Source of the DNA: Pirellulaceae bacterium
GTDB lineage: Bacteria > Planctomycetota > Planctomycetia > Pirellulales > Pirellulaceae
DNA: 12,502 bases
Direction of reading: 5' to 3'
Assembly (NCBI GenBank): GCA_041623895.1
Contig: JBFJVZ010000213.1
Span: 1 to 12,502, forward strand
Shown here piece by piece: positions 7,201 to 12,502 of the stretch (the stretch's first letter is position 1; the number at the start of each line of letters is the position of its first letter). Made by a program: the position numbers and the translations under genes. The notes below the pieces were generated by a model. The model did not search any database, had not been told where the DNA came from, and was given only the letters and a program-made list of their open reading frames with translations.

Positions 7201-9539
7201 TCAGTCGATTCCATCGCGCGAATCCGGGTGTCGATTCCTTTCAGAATGCGGCTGGCTGCCGCGGACAAAGATTCCGCCCGCCGATTTCGCTTTTCAATCA
7301 ACGCAACTTTGCGTGATTCGAATGCTGCATAAACTTCCTCGCGACGAGTAGCCAATTGGACGACAAACTCGTCGAATTCAGCAAAGCGTCCTTCCAACTC
7401 TTCTATTTGGACCATCACTTTGGTCAAGTACTCGTCGCACTTATCGGGCGAGTCACAGACATCCAGATATCCTGAAGTGGTTTGTTGCAGCAGTTTCAGT
7501 TGAGATGCGAATTCGGCGCGACCTTCAACGCTGACCAGTTCGCTGACCCGGGCCTTCAACGCGCTTCGAACTCGGTTGAGCGAAGCAAACACGTCGCCGA
7601 TCGAGTCGATGATCTCCGTCCGTTTGGTGGCATCATCGATCCGCAGATTGCTAACGGTTTCGGTCAACAGCTCCAGCTGAGACGCTGCCTGATCAATTTC
7701 TTCACCCAGTTTCTTTGCTTCGGCGACGGTGGCGACTTCGCCGACTTTGGCTGCGGCGGTTTCCACGCGCTGCTCGTAGGGCACAAGCGATCCTGGAGTC
7801 AGCAAAAAATCGACGCAGCGGCGGCTAATTCTTTCGGCCCGCTCGGCCGTCGATTTTTCAAGCTCTTCGATGATCGACTCGTCGACATAGCGCAGCTCTT
7901 TCAGTCCCAGCGCGTGTCCCCGCTGCTCGCGCAATTGAGCCAAGGCGGAAACGAAGTCATCAATCGACTCGAAACGGCTTCGCTCAATGTGCTTGATCAA
8001 CTCGCCGATCGCTTTTTGCACCTCGGCCGTCCGCTGGGATGTATCACCTCGAACGCGGACGACTTTCTCGTATTCCTCGACAGCCGCCTTGGCCGCCTCG
8101 CGAATCTTCTGCAGCGGCTCGGCCAGATTTTCGGTTTCTTGCTTGTCGATCCAGAAGTGGCTGTCCAGTACATCCGACGATTTCTTTACCAAGTCGACGT
8201 ACAAGCCGTCGTAGCTGTCTTCCTTGTCGATCAGCTGCAACAGTTCGCTGCATTCGGCCATCCCGCGGACGATTTCTTTGTTGCCGATTTTGAAGAGCAG
8301 TGAATCGGTTTTCTTATCAGCGACGTAGTTGGCGCCGGTAAACGGTGTTTGCCAGATTTGGATCGCGTGGTGTTTTTGCGGCTCCTGTCCGCCGCCAAAG
8401 CAAACCATTTCGCCGCCTTCGAACAGCGTCTGGCCGTGGCAAACCAGCGGCGTGTCGACGGTATGTTTGATGACGTTGTAGCGGAGTTGCAGGTAAGTCC
8501 CATGTTCGGGCGAATAGAACAGATACAGGTAGTCTTCGCCGTTGGATGAGGCGACGGTGCGTTGATATCGCATGTCGGTCAGCCCGTGGTCGAATTGCTT
8601 GAATTCGCCTGTTTGCAAATAGTAGCCGCCCGGAAAAATCAAGCCCTGGTCGCTCGGCAACATCACGCAACACTGTTCGATGTCGTCCAGACGCATCGCT
8701 TGCTGGATCTTGCCGTTGTAGACCAGGTAACGCGTTTGTTGTTCCTGATACGGCCGCATCTTTAGCAGTATCAGGTTGCCGACGATCGTGTAATGGATCT
8801 CGGCGTCATCCAGCGTTTGGTCACGATGCTCGACCGGCTCGGCGTAGATTCCTTCGCCGCTATCGGTGTTGTTTTCCACCTTAATTGTCAAGTCACCGCC
8901 AACGGTCTCGACAAAGATACGGTCCGCGATAGAGATATGTGGATGGGCGCCATAATGGTGCTGGTCACGGTTGGTTCGCAGCCAGCGGAATTCGTGTTGA
9001 TCCGGGTCACGGACTTCGTGTTCGCTACGATTATCCAGGTACTCGATCGAATCGGGCGTCATGCGCCACTTGAATGTCTTGATATCGCGGGTTGTTTTTC
9101 CAACCTGAAAGACCATGTGCAAGATTGGCCCGGCGCGAAAGAAGCGGGCAAAAGTCGTGCCTTTATAGAAACGATACAACTCGTGAAAATCGTTCCTGAA
9201 CCGATCGTCACCAATCAATTCGAGCGAATCGCTGTGGAATTGATGGTCGGCAAACCGGTAGACCGAAAAGACATCAGCGAGTCCGATCTCCGTTTTCAGG
9301 CCAAACTGAACGTTGTAGCCAAACAGAAACTTGTCACCGATCGAAACCAGATCACGCGGCACGCAATTGTGCTCGGTGGTCACGCGCTCGGTTGTCAGCA
9401 ACGTGGTTTCGATGTTGCCGAAGACCTCGCCGCGAGCTTCGTTCAGTCTGGCCAACCGCGTGCGCAAATCTCCCGCTGCGTCCCGCAATCGATTGCGAAG
9501 AACCTCATAGGTGCCGGCAGCGAGTTGGGTGTCGGTCAT
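4296..9539 (-). CDS. Giant (1747 aa) multidomain protein with one MoxR/AAA_5-type AAA+ ATPase module; flotillin-associated; function unknown
   Basis: Single uninterrupted ORF from ATG 9537-9539 to TAG 4296-4298. Architecture by eye: residues ~1-480 are beta-rich with many W/Y/F/H (…FSVYRFADHQFHSDSLELIGDDRF…YLYLFYSPEHGTYLQLRYNV…). Residues ~480-1130 form a charged helical/coiled-coil region. Residues ~1140-1330 are the AAA+ module: Walker A 'LLLISPPGYGKTTLMEY', Walker B 'MMLYLDDIQHTHPELLQKFISLCDA' (MoxR-like hhhhD[DE]IN/Q…LLxxhxE), and sensor-1 region 'RRVAVVMAGNPYTESGERFQIPDMLSNRADVYNL' resembling MoxR 'ATQNPxExEGTxxLPEAQLDRF'. A ~420-aa helical domain follows at the C-terminus. Confidence 0.85.
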   Translation of the reverse strand: MTDTQLAAGTYEVLRNRLRDAAGDLRTRLARLNEARGEVFGNIETTLLTTERVTTEHNCVPRDLVSIGDKFLFGYNVQFGLKTEIGLADVFSVYRFADHQFHSDSLELIGDDRFRNDFHELYRFYKGTTFARFFRAGPILHMVFQVGKTTRDIKTFKWRMTPDSIEYLDNRSEHEVRDPDQHEFRWLRTNRDQHHYGAHPHISIADRIFVETVGGDLTIKVENNTDSGEGIYAEPVEHRDQTLDDAEIHYTIVGNLILLKMRPYQEQQTRYLVYNGKIQQAMRLDDIEQCCVMLPSDQGLIFPGGYYLQTGEFKQFDHGLTDMRYQRTVASSNGEDYLYLFYSPEHGTYLQLRYNVIKHTVDTPLVCHGQTLFEGGEMVCFGGGQEPQKHHAIQIWQTPFTGANYVADKKTDSLLFKIGNKEIVRGMAECSELLQLIDKEDSYDGLYVDLVKKSSDVLDSHFWIDKQETENLAEPLQKIREAAKAAVEEYEKVVRVRGDTSQRTAEVQKAIGELIKHIERSRFESIDDFVSALAQLREQRGHALGLKELRYVDESIIEELEKSTAERAERISRRCVDFLLTPGSLVPYEQRVETAAAKVGEVATVAEAKKLGEEIDQAASQLELLTETVSNLRIDDATKRTEIIDSIGDVFASLNRVRSALKARVSELVSVEGRAEFASQLKLLQQTTSGYLDVCDSPDKCDEYLTKVMVQIEELEGRFAEFDEFVVQLATRREEVYAAFESRKVALIEKRNRRAESLSAAASRILKGIDTRIRAMESTDEIAAYFAGDLMVEKIRDIITQLGELDDAVRVGDLQSRLKTIREDATRQLKDRQDLYEDGGDVIRLGDKRFAVNTQPLDLTTVVRDGAMCLHLTGTQYFQPLSDEALCAAKDLWNQELVSENQDVYRAEFLAIDLFEHPELPTDPAKLDAAWVQTQIAGRFDEGYAKGVHDQDTAAILKSLLEIDGMIDLLRHPPSLRAASQLWYGRLLAAKDRKAMTDWIGGFAKLAKAYPKAQPAVEFRSRLAELAEVDRNLWQPVFGRDVSAERIAGYLFDQLIATPRKPVCSGKAARLFDEFLAAIPEADRDKLLTQAIKTADADPVKAFILARNWANAFLQTHGRHDEADPAEYYADELAWIIQAGGTSAMRIADASVAGTLEGLAGSHPRINKGKYVIHYHELLRRVRRYREDVVPRFRELHETKNRIVDQSREEMRLDEFKPRVLTSFVRNRLIDEVYLPLVGDNLAKQMGAAGEDKRTDRMGLLLLISPPGYGKTTLMEYIANRLGVVFMKINGPAIGHGVTSLDPAEAPNAAAREEIERLNLALEMGDNMMLYLDDIQHTHPELLQKFISLCDATRKIEGVRNGKTRTYDLRGRRVAVVMAGNPYTESGERFQIPDMLSNRADVYNLGEIIGDAADAFEMSYLENCLTSNPTLAPLSTAPPEDARAVIRAAERDTMEGLELQSNFSMDQVRDMYEVTRKLIRVRDVVLRVNRTYIRSAAQADTYRTEPPFKLQGSYRNMNRIAERVASVMNEAELQSLIISNYEQDAQTLTTDNEANVLKFKELMGILTAEEQQRWDAIKYAFVESVRMAGMDNEDQAAQLMRQLASMRDGLESIRQVISRAIAVGDEGAEERMDARIDSLRHSLTVTGSELAEKLQATGRQLERIAEQQASAEPPDQKVFVQHKVPRVLADLVKGQFHLMQEWLRPLLAEAIDNGRDLDRLRAQLDSMLANYQQIEKTFDSASDDQPG
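5330..5770 (-). other. MoxR/AAA_5-like ATPase module inside the giant ORF (Walker A encoded ~5721-5741, Walker B ~5535-5557, NP…E…G…R sensor/arginine region ~5340-5411)
   Basis: Reverse complement of 5721-5760 encodes MGLLLLISPPGYGKTT, and of 5535-5557 encodes LYLDDIQ. Motif spacing (Walker A to Walker B ~60 aa; Walker B to NP motif ~45 aa) is typical of AAA_5/MoxR ATPases, not classical-clade AAA. Confidence 0.7.
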
Positions 9540-9668
9540 GAAATGCGACTAGTGTTTTGGGAGGGCGAGGCTCCTGTCGAGCCGACGGGCCTGACGATCA
9601 CGGCTCAGCGAACGCTCGGCCCTGCTGGTGGCCATTTTCGCAGCCCTCGACTCGGGACTGACCAGTGC

Positions 9669-11798
9669 TTACGCCTTTTTTCCGTTGCTGCCTGCGGCTG
9701 TGGCGGTCAGCAATCGTCCTGCCTTTTGATCAGCGATGTTGGCGGTTCCGGCCATGCCCAACAAGCTGGTCAACTGCGACTTGACGTCTTCGGTGTCAGC
9801 CAATCCCATCATTTTGGCGATCAACGCCGCGATGGAAAGATCTTTGACGCCGTCGGTATCCAAGTTGAATTGACTGATCATGCTGGTCAGTTGGTCCTTA
9901 AAATACTCCGCATTGCCGTCAAAGAATGTGTCCTTGATGTCGGTCGCGACACGGCTGTTGTAGACGAATCGGTCGATCGCCTTGCCGCCTTTGACAGCGG
10001 AAGTGATCTGCTCGAAGAATTCGCCGTCGCCACCGACAATATCGATGCGAGCTGACTTGAGTGCGTCGCCGATCACACCCGCCTGACTTTCGGCAATGCC
10101 GCGCTGCGCGTCGATAGCTGCGATCTCGACGTCCTTTTCTTTGTTCAGCTGCAGCTTGAATTCTTCGTGTTCCTTGCCGACGCTGTCCAAGACCTTCATG
10201 GCTTCGGCTTTCTCGGTAATTCCGGTCGCTTCGCTGCGGTACTTTTCCAAGTCGACGTTGGCTTCGGCCAGTCCCTGCTTTTCGATCGCGGCTGCTTTTG
10301 CTTCGATGCCCTTGGCTTCGGCAACGGCTTTCTTCTCCAAGACGACTGCCTCGGCGGTGCCCTCTTTTTCCAAGCTGACAGCTTTGGCTTCCTGCACGGT
10401 CGCATCGGCCAAACCGGGAGCCGCCTTGGTGGCAGCGGTGGCTTCGGCCAGCATTTTCTGGGCAGCGGTGTCTTTTTCCGCAGCATCTTTTTTGGCTTCG
10501 GCTTCGATACGAATCTTTTCCGCCAACAGCTCGCTGGCTTCTTTTTCAGCCTGAGCAAGTTTGGTTTGGCGAATCAGTTCTTCTTCGGCCTTCATCTGAG
10601 CGGCGGTGATTTGCACCTTCTTTAGTCGCTCGGCCAGGGCGAATTCTTCGGTGTCCTTGATCCGTTCCTGTTCTTCGACAACCGCTCGTTCGACGGCAAC
10701 ACGCTCGCGAATCACTTCCTGGATATTCCGTTTTTCGACTTCAATCGCCTTTTCCTTTTCGACTTCAGCCACGCCGACGACGCGTAATCGTTCGGTCGCT
10801 TCCAAATCGCGATCACGATTCACTCGTTCCAGTTCGACCGCATCGGTCTTTTCTTTATTGCGCTGAGCGACCAGAACTTGGCGCAGTTTGTTTTCTTCGG
10901 CAACACCGAGTTCTTCTTCGGTGGCGATCCGCGCCCGCTCGGCTTGCAGCCGTTGTTCTTCCTCGACCTTTTTAGCCGACGCTTGTTCGCGGGCAGTAAT
11001 CTCAGCGATTTCACGTCTCTGCTTTTCAACCGCTTCCACGCGCTGGCGTTCCAATTCCAGGATCGTTTCTTCTGCCTCGACGTCTTGCTTCTTGAGCGTC
11101 TTTTCTTTGTCGCGAGTGAACTGGTTTTCCTTGACTTTTTCCTGGGAGGTCAGCTCGGTAATCTTCTTGATACCTTCGGCATCAAGAATGTTGCTGGGAC
11201 TGAGCATTTCCAGCGGAGTTTGTTCCAGGTAGTCGATCGCAGCATCATCCAGGCAGTATCCATTCAGGTCAGTGCCGATCACTTTCAATATTTGGTCTTT
11301 GAACTTATCACGTTGGTCATAAAGTTCGACGAAATCAAAATTCTTGCCAACGGTCTTAAGTGCTTCACTGAATTTGGCGTCAAACAGTTCTCGCAATGTC
11401 TCCAGTTCGCTACAGCGTTTGGCACCAATCGACTGCGCGACTTCTTTCATTTGCTCTTGGGTGCTGTCGACGCGAATGAAGAAAGCGACTTTGATATCGG
11501 CACGAATGTTGTCGCGGCAAATCAATCCCTCGCTGCCTTGACGACTGATTTCAAAGCTTTTCAGCGTCAAGTCCATGTATTCATAGCGATGAATCAACGG
11601 AATGATTAGCCGACCGCCGGCGGAGGTCACATCCAAACCGCCCATGCCGGTTTTTACGATCGCTTTGTCAGGACCGACAACGATGTATTGTTTCTTGGCG
11701 ATGATTGCGACCAAGATCAGAACCACGAGGATCAGAATTACTATGATCCCCACGATCTGAGAGTTTTCGAGTGCTAGCAGTAAAAATGCGAGGCTCAC
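9669..11798 (-). CDS. Flotillin-family protein (SPFH/band-7 domain; YqiK/FloT-like) with an N-terminal transmembrane anchor and an unusually long Ala/Glu/Lys-rich coiled-coil 'flotillin' tail (709 aa)
   Basis: GTG start at 11796-11798 overlaps the upstream gene's TGA (GTGA). The N-terminal hydrophobic helix is 'IVGIIVILILVVLILVAIIA'. The SPFH-like core is 'YIVVGPDKAIVKTGMGG…RLIIPLIHRYEYMDLTLKSFEISRQGSEGLICRDNIRADIKVAFFIRV…'. A ~400-aa EA-rich heptad-like region follows (…AEAKKDAAEKDTAAQKMLAEATAATKAA…VAEAKGIEAKAAAIEKQGLAEA…) with a conserved-looking C-terminal flotillin end. TAA stop is at 9669-9671. Confidence 0.85.
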   Translation of the reverse strand: MSLAFLLLALENSQIVGIIVILILVVLILVAIIAKKQYIVVGPDKAIVKTGMGGLDVTSAGGRLIIPLIHRYEYMDLTLKSFEISRQGSEGLICRDNIRADIKVAFFIRVDSTQEQMKEVAQSIGAKRCSELETLRELFDAKFSEALKTVGKNFDFVELYDQRDKFKDQILKVIGTDLNGYCLDDAAIDYLEQTPLEMLSPSNILDAEGIKKITELTSQEKVKENQFTRDKEKTLKKQDVEAEETILELERQRVEAVEKQRREIAEITAREQASAKKVEEEQRLQAERARIATEEELGVAEENKLRQVLVAQRNKEKTDAVELERVNRDRDLEATERLRVVGVAEVEKEKAIEVEKRNIQEVIRERVAVERAVVEEQERIKDTEEFALAERLKKVQITAAQMKAEEELIRQTKLAQAEKEASELLAEKIRIEAEAKKDAAEKDTAAQKMLAEATAATKAAPGLADATVQEAKAVSLEKEGTAEAVVLEKKAVAEAKGIEAKAAAIEKQGLAEANVDLEKYRSEATGITEKAEAMKVLDSVGKEHEEFKLQLNKEKDVEIAAIDAQRGIAESQAGVIGDALKSARIDIVGGDGEFFEQITSAVKGGKAIDRFVYNSRVATDIKDTFFDGNAEYFKDQLTSMISQFNLDTDGVKDLSIAALIAKMMGLADTEDVKSQLTSLLGMAGTANIADQKAGRLLTATAAGSNGKKA
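10190..10560 (-). repeat. Cryptic degenerate repeats (recurring tggcttcggc / ttggcttcg motifs every ~50-60 bp) underlying the Glu/Ala/Lys-rich coiled-coil of the flotillin gene
   Basis: The motif (t)ggcttcggc recurs at ~10201, 10261, 10313, 10441 and 10493, with the variant ggcttcctg at ~10384. All alternative frames here give Ala/Ser-rich ORFs, which explains several spurious ORFs in the track (10096..10554, 10167..10625, 10196..10558). Confidence 0.3.
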
Positions 11799-12502
11799 AG
11801 TCGTGTCTCCGCTTCAAGATTGGTGACGGTGTAAATTCGTTTTTCGCTATCGAACCCGACAATCCGCACTTCCGTTCCCTTCGGAATTGTCGATCCATTG
11901 GTGCGCACATTTAGCAGTAGGGGGGACGCGTCCGTACGAAACTTAGCTTGCCCGAACGTGGGGGTTGCCTCAATCGAGGAAATTTCGCAAGTGCAACCCA
12001 TCAAATGATCCTTGTTGTACTTCGTCGGCTCAACAAAAAATCGAAGCATCGGTTGCGTAAAACCCTTGGTGACTGCAGTGGCAATCACAAAATTGCGAAT
12101 CGTCAGCAATGTGCTGGACATCCACGTCGGCGGAGAATAGTTATTCACGTCGAATGTGAACCACAGCCATGCCGAAACGGCCCAAAACGCGATCGTGAAA
12201 ATCCCTCCCCAGATGACGATCGGCAATCGCCCAAAGTTGGTCCAGCGGACAGCCATCCCACCGAGCCCACCGAACAAGTCGCTGGAAACTTCGGGCAAAT
12301 CTCCATCCGGCGCATCGACGCCCACATCCGGAACATCGACACCCACGTCGGGCACATCAATATCAATGTCCACATCCAGATCGACGTCCGGCGCGCCGAA
12401 GTCCAAATCGACTAAGCCAATCGCAGCCAGCAGCGTGTAGCCGATCATCAAACACGCAAGGATCGACGCCGGCCATAGGGGACCAACAAAGATTTCCTCG
12501 AA
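11795..12502 (-). CDS. NfeD-like / YqiJ-like membrane protein (partial; 5' end beyond the right edge of the window) with TM helices, an acidic (D-V/I-D) repeat linker and a C-terminal OB-fold-like beta domain
   Basis: The reading frame is open to the window edge (…FEEIFVGPLWPASILACLMMIGYTLLAAIGLV… is hydrophobic and TM-like), so the track's start at 12451 is internal. A second TM 'LPIVIWGGIFTIAFWAVSAWLWF' follows. The C-terminal 'GQAKFRTDASPLLLNVRTNGSTIPKGTEVRIVGFDSEKRIYTVTNLE' resembles the NfeD C-terminal beta-barrel (OB-fold) found in stomatin/flotillin operon partners such as E. coli yqiJ (upstream of yqiK). A 4-nt GTGA overlap joins it to the flotillin gene. Confidence 0.7.
   Translation of the reverse strand, partial: FEEIFVGPLWPASILACLMIGYTLLAAIGLVDLDFGAPDVDLDVDIDIDVPDVGVDVPDVGVDAPDGDLPEVSSDLFGGLGGMAVRWTNFGRLPIVIWGGIFTIAFWAVSAWLWFTFDVNNYSPPTWMSSTLLTIRNFVIATAVTKGFTQPMLRFFVEPTKYNKDHLMGCTCEISSIEATPTFGQAKFRTDASPLLLNVRTNGSTIPKGTEVRIVGFDSEKRIYTVTNLEAETRL
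12313..12400 (-). repeat. In-frame 21-bp tandem repeat (~2.5-4 units: catcgacgcccacatccggaa / catcgacacccacgtcgggca / catcaatatcaatgtccacat…) encoding the acidic PDVGVDV/PDVGVDA/PD… linker of the NfeD-like protein
   Basis: Seen directly in DNA and in the translation 'DLDVDIDIDVPDVGVDVPDVGVDAPDGDLPE'. The units diverge progressively, consistent with a slippage-prone, length-variable low-complexity linker. Confidence 0.5.

Noticed and set aside
7482-8303. 273-aa ORF on the plus strand inside the giant gene
   Set aside because: Fully antisense to the strongly supported 1747-aa ORF. Low-complexity, Leu/Gln/Phe-rich translation typical of GC-rich antisense frames. No start context or independent support.
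9579-9608. Hairpin gagccg…cggctc in the flotillin–giant gene spacer as a terminator
   Set aside because: The stem is only 6 bp with a 16-nt loop and no U-tract, too weak to call. It is mentioned only within the spacer finding.
8793-10055. 420-aa plus-strand ORF spanning the giant gene N-terminus, the 130-bp gap and the flotillin C-terminus
   Set aside because: Antisense to two well-supported genes and runs through their intergenic spacer. Composition is Gly/Val/Asp-rich and non-protein-like. Almost certainly an artefact of GC content.
10096-11609. Cluster of plus-strand ORFs (10096..10554, 10167..10625, 10606..10866, 10878..11609, 10888..11232) and minus-strand ORF 10196..10558 inside the flotillin gene
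   Set aside because: All are alternative frames of the repetitive GCTTCGGC-rich coiled-coil region, giving Ala/Ser/Phe-rich nonsense. The flotillin frame has clear domain signatures.
1-12502. Mobile element or genomic-island signatures (integrase, transposase, terminal inverted repeats, tRNA flank, GC shift)
   Set aside because: No recognisable transposase/integrase/recombinase motifs in any frame. GC content and codon style look uniform across the window. The inverted repeats found are short and internal to intergenic spacers, not element termini.

Overview
The window is GC-rich (~57%) bacterial chromosomal DNA. Its style (giant ORFs, GTG/TTG starts, weak or absent Shine-Dalgarno sequences) is compatible with Planctomycetota-like genomes, but that assignment is inference only. 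One partial gene runs rightward at the left edge (1..583). Everything else (649..12502) is a strand-coherent block of six genes on the minus strand. In transcription order these are:
1. An NfeD/YqiJ-like membrane protein with a C-terminal OB-fold (partial; continues past the right edge).
2. A GTGA-overlapped flotillin/SPFH (band-7) protein of 709 aa with a long Glu/Ala/Lys-rich coiled-coil tail.
3. After a 130-bp gap, a 1747-aa giant protein with a single MoxR/AAA_5-type ATPase module (Walker A ISPPGYGKTT, Walker B LYLDDIQH, MoxR-like NPxxExG...R sensor region). The module sits between an N-terminal beta-rich aromatic domain, a ~650-aa charged helical/coiled-coil region and a ~420-aa helical C-terminal domain.
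4. A 204-bp structured non-coding region carrying a 24-bp direct repeat and nested inverted repeats.
5. A small 88-aa hypothetical protein.
6. A TatD-family metal-dependent hydrolase.
7. After an intergenic 10-bp perfect-stem hairpin, an SLC12-type cation-chloride cotransporter homolog (hallmark GGAYFLISRSLGPEFGG) with a full cytoplasmic C-terminal domain.

The most interesting signal is the NfeD–flotillin–giant MoxR-like ATPase gene cluster. NfeD–SPFH operons are classical, but as far as I know a giant single-AAA protein coupled to them is not a described system. It may be a membrane-microdomain-anchored ATP-driven remodeling machine. No rRNA/tRNA genes, CRISPR arrays, transposases or integrases were found. 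Several long antisense ORFs inside the big genes are judged to be GC-driven artefacts.
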